In this document: in pieces, positions 45,183 to 54,697 of the stretch | How positions within the stretch are numbered: the stretch's first letter is position 1 | Layout: each line of letters begins with the position of its first letter | IMG/VR virus record: IMGVR_UViG_3300031576_000010 | Location: 1 to 64,000 of that record | Reading direction: 5' to 3' (one strand) | From: a virus | Length of the DNA: 64,000 nucleotides | Translations under genes and position numbers: made by a program | Notes under the pieces: model-generated | Databases searched by the model: none | Seen by the model: the letters and a program-made list of their open reading frames with translations, nothing else | Told to the model about the DNA's origin: nothing

Positions 45183-47258
45183 CTATTGTTGCTTCCTTCC
45201 GGATCGAACCGCTTTGTGTCTGGTCGCGCTGATCGATAGCGCCTGCGTGCCGATCACACCCGTGACGCTTCCGCTCCGTTGAGCCGGTTGAGTAGCGGCA
45301 CCCGCGGGGTCATAGCCGGGCTCGATGGTACCGCCTCGCCGAGGCCCGCCCCCCCGCAGACCAGCCGCCTTTCGAGCGCCCGCCACATCCCCGCGGATCA
45401 ACTTGTTGATCCCGGCGACATCCGTTGGGTCGCCCGCCCCCAGGCCAAAACCGGCCGGTTGGTCGAGCCTACGACCCGTCGCGATGTCCTCGATCTGGCC
45501 GGCCGCCGGGGGATCCTCTTCGCCGATCCCCTCCAGCGCCTTCTTGAGCGGCTGGAGCCCCTCCACGCTGCCCAGGAGATTCTCGCCAGCTCCACCGATG
45601 TCCTTCAAGCCCGCCCACGCCCTGCCGAGTGCGTCGGGAAATATCTTGGCCGTCTCCTTCATCGCCTCGCTGTAGGCCGCCGCCGTCTTGTCCTCGCCCT
45701 TGAGTACCGCGATGGTGTAGCGGACCCCGAGGACCAGCTCGGCCAACCCGGCCATCACGATGTCGAACAGAGCGGTCCCGACCTTGCGGACGCCTTCGAG
45801 CGATTGCCGCATGAACTTTTGGAACTCCTCGGTCTTCTGCGCTTCCGTCTTGAATGCGCCGGCCAGCGCCTTCTTCTCCTCCTTGGAGAGTTGTTCGACC
45901 GTCAAGCCACCCGCCAGTTTGTCGCCGATGTCCATGATGGCCTTCGCGCCCTTGAACCCCATCCGCCCTTCTAGCCACGCGCGAGCGGACTGCGGGTCGC
46001 CCCGCGACATTTCCAGCGCCATGCTGCGCAACTCCGTGATGCTGCCGGCCAGCACTTGCGGGTCAGGTCCACCCTCACGGGTGAGCTGGTTGAGCAAGTG
46101 GGACCGCGCCTCCAGCCCTTTGCCCATCCCGAGCCGCTCGGCCAGCATGACCTGCTCGCCCATCCCGAAGGAACCAAGACCCCCAAGGATCTGCTGGGTC
46201 GCTTGCAACGCCTCGGCACCAGCGAAGTGCTTCTTGACACCAATCGCCTCGTACTGAGCGGTAAGCTGTTGGGTGAGGCCGATCACCTCCTTGGTGTTGA
46301 TGCCCATGTGGCGGACACCACCGGTCGCTTGCGCGATCGCGTTCGTGAACGTGGCGAGTCCAACGCCCGACTTCGCGCCAGCGAAATTCAGCTCGACGAC
46401 CGCCTCGGCCGCTTCCTTGGTGGAATAGCCGTACTTCGTCATGAACTCGCCCGCTTGCCTGGCGGCCGTTCCGCCAGCCAGCTCGAAGTGACGTTCGAGC
46501 CCAAGCGTGAGCCCGTAGAGCGTCTGCATCTGGGTGCCGTACGCCTTCGTGACCCTAGAGCCCGCCTCGCCCGCCGAGATGCCGGCGTCGCCGTACGCCT
46601 TCGCGACCGCCTCCAGCTCTCCGCGCGTCGCGCCAAACTGGATCTCCAACTCCTTCGCGACACCCGCCAGCTTGCCGGCCGCCATGCGATCGGCCTTCTC
46701 GGCCTTCGCGCTGTACGTCCTGGTCGACTCCTCGAAAATCTGGACGAACCGGTTGGCCTCCGCCTCGTACTTCTGGGTCTCCGCAACCCCCCAGAGCATG
46801 AGGCCCAGGATGCCCCCCACCCCCATGGCACCTGGGGTCAGCATGGAGAACAGGTTGCCCGAGACCTTCCGGATGTCCTCCGCGATAGCGTCGGGCGTGA
46901 TGCGGATCTTGCTGACCGCGCCCGACAGCATCCCCCGGATCTTCCGGAGCCACTTGGACCGTTGGCCCTTCTGGCCCTTGCCCTTGTCGACGTCGGTCGA
47001 CTTCTGGTGGACCTCCTGCCAGTCCTTGACGATGTCGTCGATCTCACGACGGCACCGTTCGGTGTACTGGCGGATGTCCTGGATGGGGCCGAGCCCTACC
47101 TCGGCGAGCAGGCGGTCGACCTCGATCTTCTGATCGGCGCCGGTCCCCAGCGACTCGGCCGCCTGGACCATCCGCTGTTGCGCTTGCGCGTACTCGGTGA
47201 CCGCCTCTTCGGTGCCCGAGATTTTGACCTTGGCTTCAAGCAGCTCGGACATCGTCAT
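45183..47258 (-). CDS. tape-measure-like protein 2
   Basis: Long Ala/Gly helical protein, paralogous to 47255-50158. Confidence 0.7.
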   Translation of the reverse strand: MTMSELLEAKVKISGTEEAVTEYAQAQQRMVQAAESLGTGADQKIEVDRLLAEVGLGPIQDIRQYTERCRREIDDIVKDWQEVHQKSTDVDKGKGQKGQRSKWLRKIRGMLSGAVSKIRITPDAIAEDIRKVSGNLFSMLTPGAMGVGGILGLMLWGVAETQKYEAEANRFVQIFEESTRTYSAKAEKADRMAAGKLAGVAKELEIQFGATRGELEAVAKAYGDAGISAGEAGSRVTKAYGTQMQTLYGLTLGLERHFELAGGTAARQAGEFMTKYGYSTKEAAEAVVELNFAGAKSGVGLATFTNAIAQATGGVRHMGINTKEVIGLTQQLTAQYEAIGVKKHFAGAEALQATQQILGGLGSFGMGEQVMLAERLGMGKGLEARSHLLNQLTREGGPDPQVLAGSITELRSMALEMSRGDPQSARAWLEGRMGFKGAKAIMDIGDKLAGGLTVEQLSKEEKKALAGAFKTEAQKTEEFQKFMRQSLEGVRKVGTALFDIVMAGLAELVLGVRYTIAVLKGEDKTAAAYSEAMKETAKIFPDALGRAWAGLKDIGGAGENLLGSVEGLQPLKKALEGIGEEDPPAAGQIEDIATGRRLDQPAGFGLGAGDPTDVAGINKLIRGDVAGARKAAGLRGGGPRRGGTIEPGYDPAGAATQPAQRSGSVTGVIGTQALSISATRHKAVRSGRKQQ

Positions 47259-50158
47259 CCTCTCTTACGGAGAGCAGCGATATACGGGTAGGGATCGATC
47301 GCACCGACCCTCCGCTCCCTCGGATCCGAGGACTTTTTGACGCCCGGATCGACGATCCTGTAGTGAAGATGCGGCGCCCCCTTGTGGAAGGGGGCGCCCG
47401 GGGTCGATGGAGGGCTAAACGACTGCTCCATCAGCTCCCCAACCGGATCGCCCGCCTCTATCTTTTCTCCCCTCTTGATCAGCAACGGGTGTTTCAGGTG
47501 GGCGAGGTAGTGGTCCAGTCCGGTGACTGGGTCGTGGATGGTGGTGCTCGCCTGACCTTTGTGTGAAGGTCGCGCCACTTTCACGATCCCGGTAACGGGC
47601 GAGAACACTGGAGTGCCGCCCGCCGCCCCGATGTCGGACGCGGCGTGGAACGCGCCGATGCTGCCGACCGCCTTCGCGAACGCGTGACCGAACGAACCCG
47701 GTAGGAGCGCGCCTTTGCCGCGCAGGGGGTCCGCTTGGACGACCTTGTCGCCGTGGGGTCCACTGTAGACACCAGAGACATCATCCTCCGCATGGCTGTG
47801 GTCGTGCCCTTCCTCGGCGGCTGAATCGGCGTGGGCGGCGTGTGCGGTAGGGGGCGCCACACTGGTGAGGGCACCGCGCGACTTCTCGGCGCCCGCCCTC
47901 ACCGCCACTCGACGCATCTTGTCGCTCTCGATCGTCACGAAATGGATGGTGACGGGGAGGTTCTCGCCGCGGACCGTCCCGAATTCGACGCCGGTGATCG
48001 CGATGTCGCCCGCGCCAAGATCGGTGCCAGCGAACGTGCTCTGCACCCCGGGCGCCGACTCCGCCGCCTCCGACAGGATGTCCTGGACCGCCTCGAAGTC
48101 CCCTCCCCGCTGCGCCGCGGAGAGAGCGAGCTGTTGCTCGACCCCGAGGGTAGCGGTAGCGCCCACCCCCGCCATTCCCCCTTGTTGTCGCGACACCCCA
48201 CGGATCATCTCACCGCTGGTCCTCATCGCTGCGGTGATCGCCTCCTTGGACCCGGCGCTGAACGTCAGCGCGGCCATCCGCTTGACTGCCTCGGGTGTCG
48301 TGACCGCCCCCATGAACGCATCCATCCCGGCGGACGACGGTAGCAAATCCTTCCCGTGTTTTCCCAGATCGGTGAACCCTTTACCGATGTCCTTGAGGAT
48401 CTTCTCGTTGGCCGTCTCCGCCTCCCAGAACGTGTCTTCCAACCGGCCCATCTGCCTCTTCTCCGACTCGGTCAAGTTGGAGAAGCCGGGGATCGCCGAG
48501 AGCTTGTCCTTGAGGGCGAGGGGGATGTAGCGGAACCCGATGACCAGCTCGGCGAGCCCGACGGCGATCAAGTTGAACAGGCCGAGTCCGATGACCGCGA
48601 TGTCGCGCGAGATGTCCTTGAAGGACGTCTCGAAGTCGGTGTGGGTGGCGCGCTCCTTCTTGAACGCCTCGTTGAACGCCTTCTCGGCGTCGACCCGCTC
48701 CTTCTTGGTCGCGTTGGTGTTGTGGAGCGTATCGACCGCCTGGATCATGATGAGGGCGGATTGTGGACCGAGCTGCGGCATCACCCGTTCGAGCGCGACG
48801 CCGATCTCCTCGCGGGACAACTTCCGGCCCCCACGGAACAGGTCGACAGTCGCGCGCGCCATCTTAAGCGCGACGCCCGGCCCCTTACTCGGGTCCATGT
48901 AGGCGTCGCGGAGCGCGTAGTAGGCGCCCAGGTCTGTCCCGAGCCCCATCTTATCGGCGACCGCCATCTGCATCCCCTTCGACATGCCCGCAAGCCCGGC
49001 GGCGATCTGGCCGGTCGCCATCACGGCGGTCGTGGCGGCGAAATGGGGCTCCAGCCCCTTCTCCTCCAGCATCTTCTGGAGCCCGTACACCATGTTGAGG
49101 CCGTCCTGCACGGTCGCGCCGTACTGGCGCATCTGGCCGGTCGCCGACATCACATCGCTCATGAAGTTCTGGATCCCGATGCCCGAGTCGCGGCCGGCCA
49201 GCGCGAACGTCCCGACCAGCTCGGTCGCCTCCCTGGCGGTAATGTTGTACTGCTGCATCAATTGACCCGCCGTCCTGGCGGCCGTGCCCTCCGGTAGTCG
49301 GAGCGTTTGATCGATCGCGGCGGTCGCGATCGCAACGCTCGCGCGAGCGCCATCTACCCGGATGGACGTCTTGGCCGTCGCCTCCTCGATCGTGACACCA
49401 GCGTCCGTGAGCGAGCGGGTGACCGCCATCGCCTCCCCTTTGGACATCCTGAACGTGTCGACCAGGTTGGCGAACTGGCTGCCCAGCGTTGCCATGTGCT
49501 GCTTGGCAACCGCGTAGCCTTTCGCATCACCTGTCGCGATCGTCTTCTCCCAGAGCTGGGAGTACCGCTCGCCCTCCGCCCGGAGCTTGTCTTCGTAGGA
49601 GAGGCCGTAGAGCAAGAGGCCGACAACGCCCCCCACCCCCATGGTCGTGATGGTGGAGCCGACCATTCGACCGGCGGCCCCGAGCGCCTGGATCGACTGT
49701 TTGCCGACGTTGAAGAAGTCGCCCACCTTCTTGGCGATCGAACCCCGCTTCTTCGCGCCGGTCCTGGCGCCCTCCTCGTCCTCTTCGTCGTCTTCTCCGC
49801 CCCCATCATCCTCTCCATCCTCTTCGAGGACGGCGGCCCGGAGCGTGTCGATCGCCGTGACCAACTGCTTGTACTCGGTGAAAACGCGGGCGAACGCCTG
49901 CGATTGCACCTCCGACTCCTCGCCCGTCTTCTTCGCGATCCCAGCCGCCTCAGAAAACTCGGCGGCCGCCTCTCTCGCCTCCTCGCCCAACCGTTTGGCC
50001 GCCGCGATCTCCGCGTCCGACACGACCGCCTTGTTCCGCTTGATCTCCTCGATCAGCTCCTTGTACTTGTCGACAACGTCGCCGAGACCGACGTGCTGAA
50101 CGATGAGGTCGAGGTCGGCGCCGCCCCCTCCAACCGATCCTGTTTCGGGGGGCGGCAT
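47255..50158 (-). CDS. tape-measure-like protein 1 with C-terminal M23 peptidase
   Basis: Helical body; HAASDIGAAGGTPVFSP...YLAHL...PHLHY M23 motifs. Confidence 0.75.
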   Translation of the reverse strand: MPPPETGSVGGGGADLDLIVQHVGLGDVVDKYKELIEEIKRNKAVVSDAEIAAAKRLGEEAREAAAEFSEAAGIAKKTGEESEVQSQAFARVFTEYKQLVTAIDTLRAAVLEEDGEDDGGGEDDEEDEEGARTGAKKRGSIAKKVGDFFNVGKQSIQALGAAGRMVGSTITTMGVGGVVGLLLYGLSYEDKLRAEGERYSQLWEKTIATGDAKGYAVAKQHMATLGSQFANLVDTFRMSKGEAMAVTRSLTDAGVTIEEATAKTSIRVDGARASVAIATAAIDQTLRLPEGTAARTAGQLMQQYNITAREATELVGTFALAGRDSGIGIQNFMSDVMSATGQMRQYGATVQDGLNMVYGLQKMLEEKGLEPHFAATTAVMATGQIAAGLAGMSKGMQMAVADKMGLGTDLGAYYALRDAYMDPSKGPGVALKMARATVDLFRGGRKLSREEIGVALERVMPQLGPQSALIMIQAVDTLHNTNATKKERVDAEKAFNEAFKKERATHTDFETSFKDISRDIAVIGLGLFNLIAVGLAELVIGFRYIPLALKDKLSAIPGFSNLTESEKRQMGRLEDTFWEAETANEKILKDIGKGFTDLGKHGKDLLPSSAGMDAFMGAVTTPEAVKRMAALTFSAGSKEAITAAMRTSGEMIRGVSRQQGGMAGVGATATLGVEQQLALSAAQRGGDFEAVQDILSEAAESAPGVQSTFAGTDLGAGDIAITGVEFGTVRGENLPVTIHFVTIESDKMRRVAVRAGAEKSRGALTSVAPPTAHAAHADSAAEEGHDHSHAEDDVSGVYSGPHGDKVVQADPLRGKGALLPGSFGHAFAKAVGSIGAFHAASDIGAAGGTPVFSPVTGIVKVARPSHKGQASTTIHDPVTGLDHYLAHLKHPLLIKRGEKIEAGDPVGELMEQSFSPPSTPGAPFHKGAPHLHYRIVDPGVKKSSDPRERRVGAIDPYPYIAALRKRG

Positions 50159-50164
50159 GACGGT

Positions 50165-50659
50165 TTAGTCGTCGAGCACGAAGCTGCTGCGACGCGCGCG
50201 GGCGCGCTGGCCTGGAACGTCCTGCTCGGGAGGAGCTGGGGGATGAACGCCGTCGACCACATGAACGCCCGCGACCGCCAGTACCTGGCGGCGCTCCACC
50301 TCGCTCATCCGCGAAATATCGATCGGCCTGTCGAGGATCTCCATGCCCGTGTCAGTCGACAGCGGCCCAGGCGGAACATCGTCGACCTCCTCGATGACCG
50401 GGGCCTCGACCTCATCTTTGCCAAGCGCGTCGATCGACTTGGCCAGGTAGTCGAGGAACGCGGGCCTCGCGATAGCGGGAAGGATCGGCTGAACCTCCGC
50501 GAACGTCTCGGGCATCCGGATCTTGCCGGTCACAGGGTCGTGGATGGGGATGAGGTGGGCGCCCAGCACACGACCAAACGACGCCTGTAGGAGGTCGGCG
50601 TGTTGCTTCTCGTGCCGCTGGATACCGGTGTACAAAAACGCCCACCTCGTCGGGTTCAT
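50165..50659 (-). CDS. tail assembly chaperone, frameshift extension (gpGT-like)
   Basis: The frame is open upstream to a slippery site at about 50790-50797. Confidence 0.6.
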   Translation of the reverse strand: MNPTRWAFLYTGIQRHEKQHADLLQASFGRVLGAHLIPIHDPVTGKIRMPETFAEVQPILPAIARPAFLDYLAKSIDALGKDEVEAPVIEEVDDVPPGPLSTDTGMEILDRPIDISRMSEVERRQVLAVAGVHVVDGVHPPAPPEQDVPGQRARARRSSFVLDD

Positions 50660-51261
50660 GTCGCGAAGCTGCTGCCATGGATCGCCGGCATTTCCTCCAG
50701 CCCCGTTTCCTCCTCCCCCGCCGAAGAGAGACCATCCTCGACAGATGACGTACTGCTGGATGTCGAGGAGTCGGTCTCCCTCGATGATGCTTTTAGGCGG
50801 GTGATCACCTCCGCGCGCCGCTCCTCCAGCTTGCCGTAGAACTGGAAAAACTCGGTGATGATGGCGTCGTCGAACTGTTGCAGGTACTCGTAGAACCGCT
50901 CGCGGAAGTAGCTCTTCATCTCGTCAGGATCATTCCGGATGAGGCCGAGAAGCTGCTCGTCCTGCGGGAGGGGGAACAGCGCGGAGATGGGGGTTTCGTT
51001 GACGTGGCTGGTGGCGGCCGCGACCGTCGCGCTCTTGCGCGACGACAGAAGCGCCATGTTGGACGCCATCGAGACGTACTGGTCGCGCCAGAGCGCCTCC
51101 CCATCCGACAGGGTGTGGAGGCGGAACCGCCGATCCGCGAACTCGAACGTGTCCTCGATACGACCCTTGAGCAGGTCGGCCTTGAGGTCGAGCAAGATGG
51201 GCGACAAGGGTGGAGGTGCGGGGGGCGCGCTAGGCGCCTTCTTCTTCTTACTTTCGGCCAT
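50656..51261 (-). CDS. tail assembly chaperone (gpG-like)
   Basis: Lies between tube and tape measure; MAESKKKK start with an AGGAGG RBS. Confidence 0.7.
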   Translation of the reverse strand: MAESKKKKAPSAPPAPPPLSPILLDLKADLLKGRIEDTFEFADRRFRLHTLSDGEALWRDQYVSMASNMALLSSRKSATVAAATSHVNETPISALFPLPQDEQLLGLIRNDPDEMKSYFRERFYEYLQQFDDAIITEFFQFYGKLEERRAEVITRLKASSRETDSSTSSSTSSVEDGLSSAGEEETGLEEMPAIHGSSFAT

Positions 51262-51348
51262 TGGTGGCCCTCCTGTTCGCCCTCCGGGACAGCCGGAGGG
51301 GTATGGGGTGGATGGGGCGGCATGGTAGCGCCGACCCACCCGCCCGAG

Positions 51349-51801
51349 CTACTGCAACCGGACCTTCCGGACGTACACGAGGGTGCCCTGCGTCTGGACC
51401 AGGCGATCGCCACCGGCCGTGTAGGTCCGGCCCAGGCTGCTGAACCAGCAGCCGATGTAGCTGCGCCCCTCGGTCGAGTTGTTGGGGAACCGCCAGGTCT
51501 CCCGCACCTCGAACGGGTTGGCCTGGTCGCCCAGCATCTCGAAGTCGGGCGTGCCGAACGCCTGCTCCATCCTGCAGGTGAACAGGTCGTACCGACCGAC
51601 CGAGATGGAAAGGCCGCCCACGTTGCCCGGCACCGTCTCGATCGGCTCGCCGGACGTCGCCTGGTTGATCTCGTACACGTGCGAGACCTGCCGGGTCATG
51701 TTGACGCCCCAGCTCTGGATCGAGCCGACCGTGAGGCCGGACGCCCGGATCGTCATCGCGTGGGACGTCCGATGGACTGTGTTGGGAGGGTTGACAGGCA
51801 T
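51349..51801 (-). CDS. tail tube protein
   Basis: 150 aa after the sheath; VGSIQSW...ETVPG...YIGCWFSS. Confidence 0.8.
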   Translation of the reverse strand: MPVNPPNTVHRTSHAMTIRASGLTVGSIQSWGVNMTRQVSHVYEINQATSGEPIETVPGNVGGLSISVGRYDLFTCRMEQAFGTPDFEMLGDQANPFEVRETWRFPNNSTEGRSYIGCWFSSLGRTYTAGGDRLVQTQGTLVYVRKVRLQ

Positions 51802-51812
51802 GTTTCGTCTCC

Positions 51813-54608
51813 TTACGCCGTCGCGGCGCTCTCACCCACGCTGAAGAACGGCGAGTCCACCGAGAACTCACCGAAGATCCTCTTGGCCGGGTACCGAAGG
51901 TTGAAGAAGAACTTGAAGTCGAACCTGGTCGGATCCGTGCTCGACTGGAACACCTGGATGTCGGACGCGAGGTTGATGTCCCTCGACCTGCCGTTCTCGT
52001 CGCGGAACGGACCGATCGCCCCCGACGCGATCAGGGAAGAGAGTGTGACGGCCACGACCGTCTTGATGTCGAAGATGAAGTCGGTCAGGTCTTCCGGCAC
52101 GATGCCGATCAGGTTGGAGTCGACCGCCTGCGAGACGGTCCGGACCGCGTTGTCCTTCTGGGCGCCCGCCGAAATCTCGGCGAACGAGATGAGACCACCG
52201 CCTCCCGGTTCCGTGGTGATGGGGTCGAGCATGAGGAGGCGGCCGGCATCGTTCGTGACGACCAGGACGCCCGCGGGCGCGAGCAAGTGGCGCTCGGCAT
52301 CCAGGTACGTCTGGAACGTGTCGAGGTCGAACCCGGTGATCGTCTTGCGCAACAGTGAGGTCGCGACCGACACGAAGCTGGTGTGACGGGCCGCCACCGC
52401 GACCGCCAGGTAGGTGGAGTTCAGCTCGACGACCGGCTGTGATCCGTCCGGCAGCGTCAGGGTCTTGTCGATGTTGGGCGGGGCGCACAGGATGAACCGG
52501 CCGCGCCCGGGGCTGTCGGCCGCCACCTGGAAGGTCCGCTTGGCCGCGTAGATGAACGTGTGGGCCGTGTCGATGTCGCCGATGTCCGTGTCCCTGAGCA
52601 TCCCGAACCAGCCCCGCCGGAACTTCTTCTCGGTGATGGACGACTTGTTCGTCACGTGGTTCACGAGGGTCGACTGGATCGAGAGCAACTGGGTCGCCGA
52701 GAGGGTCTGGGGCAGGGGCGTCACGATCGCCACTTCCGTGATGGCGAAGTTGTCGAGCCCGTTGTTGATCGCGTTCTGGAAGTCGGCGACCGAGTAGACG
52801 TCGTCGTCGTTCGAGTCCTCGACCTGCACGACGAAGATGCTGGGCGCGTCGTTCTCGAACGCGATCTGCCCCGCAACCGCGAGCGCGTTGTCGGTCGCGG
52901 AATCGCCCACCTGACCGAACACCTGGTCCTGGTTGAACACGCGGAGCGGCACGTTGTAGTCGGTGGAGGGGCGGACGTAATCGTACGAGACGAAGTAGAC
53001 CGACCCGGTCTCCGGCCGGGTGCCCGTCCCCTCGATCGTGAAGGGGAGCTGGGCGGTCGTGAGGCCCAGCACGTTGAGATGCGCGCTGGCCGTCTGGGCC
53101 TGCTGGATCCGGACCTTGGAGGTCTCGCCCTGGGTGGACGACAGGAGGCGGAGCCGGTCGGTCCCGTCGTTCTGCGCGACCGTCGAGAACGCGGATCCGT
53201 ACTGGCTGTGGTCCGTAAGGCGCGCGTTGATGTCGACGATGATGGCGGCGATCGTGATGGCGGCGCCGACGTCCAGCCGACACTCGACCGACCCGTCGCC
53301 GAGCTGCCGGAGCGGCACCTGCGTGTCGTCCAGCTCGAAGATGGTGGTGTGGGCGTCGGACACGCCCTGGTCGAGGATCTGGACCGAGCTGCCCGCCCCG
53401 GTCGTCGGGCTGGTGAGCCGGACGCGCGTGACACCCACGACCGACGCGACCGTCCCGTAGGTTGCGCCGTAGCTGGCGGACGCCAGGAGCGCCGCATTGA
53501 TCTCCCCGACGATCGTGGCGGCCGTGACGGCCGCGCCGATCGTCAAGGTGATGTCGATGTTGCCGCGACCGTCGATGTTGAGCCGGAGGATGTTGTTGCC
53601 CGCCAGCGTGCTGTACGGACCGGCCAGCAGGGTGGTCCACTCGGCCGCGATGGCGCCGTCGACCAGGTCGTCGATCGCGATCTCCAGGACGGACGCGGTC
53701 AAGGTCGAGACGGTCGTGATGACCGGGGTGCCGACCAGCTCGGCGGCCTGATCGATCGACCAGTCGATCACGTCGCCCGCCACGATGAACGGGAACGCAG
53801 ACAGACCGAAGATGGCGGCCGCCGAATTGGTCACGCCCGAGTTGATGCGGATCTGCGAGACGGGCCCCTGGGTCGGGCTGGTGAGCCGGACCTGGTCGTT
53901 GTTGTACACCTCCGCGACCGACCCGTAGGCCGCCCCGTAGGTGCCGCTGGCGATCAGCGCCGTGTTGATGTCGGACACGACCTCCGCGGCGGTCGTGAGG
54001 GCCGGGCTCGCGCCCGCCGTCGTGATGATGATCTGGGCCCTGCCGTCGATCTGGAGGTAGAGCAGGTTGTTGACCGACAGATCGAACGTGTCGTTGATGT
54101 GCGAGTTGACCCGCGCGCGATCGTCGAGCTGGTAGTCGATGTTCTCGTCGAACGTGGTGACGCCAGCGAACGAGCCGACCCGAACGGCCAACCTGACATC
54201 GTCGTTCGCGAGGTCGTCCCGGTCGGTCGCGATCGCCACGTAGTCGATCGTGTAGGTCGCGCCCGCCACGTACCCGTTGTCGCTGATGCGCACGACCGTC
54301 GCGCTGTCGAACGACCAGAGCGCGACGTTCAGCGGGACCCCGTTGACGAACAGGGTCGAGTCGTTCTGGAGCCCGGTGGATGTGTTGGCGAGCGTGGCGG
54401 TGTGGGCGCCGGGTGTCGCCGACACCGTCAGCGCCTCCCCGTTGATGCCTCCCCGCCTGACCGCCTCGTTGGTCGCGCGCTTGAGCTTGTCGCCAGGCCC
54501 GACGAGCGCGAGCGTCTGGGGGACCGACGCGATCGACAGGGCGTTGGGGACGACGACCTCTTGGATGAGGACGCCTGGATCCGTGTAGGTGGTGACTTGA
54601 ACGGCCAT
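51813..54608 (-). CDS. contractile tail sheath protein
   Basis: YTDPGVLIQE N-terminus; C-terminal DPTRFDFKFFFNLRYPAKRI; inserted repeat domains. Confidence 0.9.
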   Translation of the reverse strand: MAVQVTTYTDPGVLIQEVVVPNALSIASVPQTLALVGPGDKLKRATNEAVRRGGINGEALTVSATPGAHTATLANTSTGLQNDSTLFVNGVPLNVALWSFDSATVVRISDNGYVAGATYTIDYVAIATDRDDLANDDVRLAVRVGSFAGVTTFDENIDYQLDDRARVNSHINDTFDLSVNNLLYLQIDGRAQIIITTAGASPALTTAAEVVSDINTALIASGTYGAAYGSVAEVYNNDQVRLTSPTQGPVSQIRINSGVTNSAAAIFGLSAFPFIVAGDVIDWSIDQAAELVGTPVITTVSTLTASVLEIAIDDLVDGAIAAEWTTLLAGPYSTLAGNNILRLNIDGRGNIDITLTIGAAVTAATIVGEINAALLASASYGATYGTVASVVGVTRVRLTSPTTGAGSSVQILDQGVSDAHTTIFELDDTQVPLRQLGDGSVECRLDVGAAITIAAIIVDINARLTDHSQYGSAFSTVAQNDGTDRLRLLSSTQGETSKVRIQQAQTASAHLNVLGLTTAQLPFTIEGTGTRPETGSVYFVSYDYVRPSTDYNVPLRVFNQDQVFGQVGDSATDNALAVAGQIAFENDAPSIFVVQVEDSNDDDVYSVADFQNAINNGLDNFAITEVAIVTPLPQTLSATQLLSIQSTLVNHVTNKSSITEKKFRRGWFGMLRDTDIGDIDTAHTFIYAAKRTFQVAADSPGRGRFILCAPPNIDKTLTLPDGSQPVVELNSTYLAVAVAARHTSFVSVATSLLRKTITGFDLDTFQTYLDAERHLLAPAGVLVVTNDAGRLLMLDPITTEPGGGGLISFAEISAGAQKDNAVRTVSQAVDSNLIGIVPEDLTDFIFDIKTVVAVTLSSLIASGAIGPFRDENGRSRDINLASDIQVFQSSTDPTRFDFKFFFNLRYPAKRIFGEFSVDSPFFSVGESAATA

Positions 54609-54697
54609 CTTTCAATCCTCGGAGATGCAGCGGTTGAAGCCCGCGCCAGGCGGACTCATCGTGGGCTCATCCTGGACACCCAGTAGTCGACAACCCA

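Noticed and set aside
51868-54686. Long alternative-frame and antisense ORFs over the sheath and other genes
   Set aside because: Arg/Gly/Pro-rich shadows caused by high GC3.
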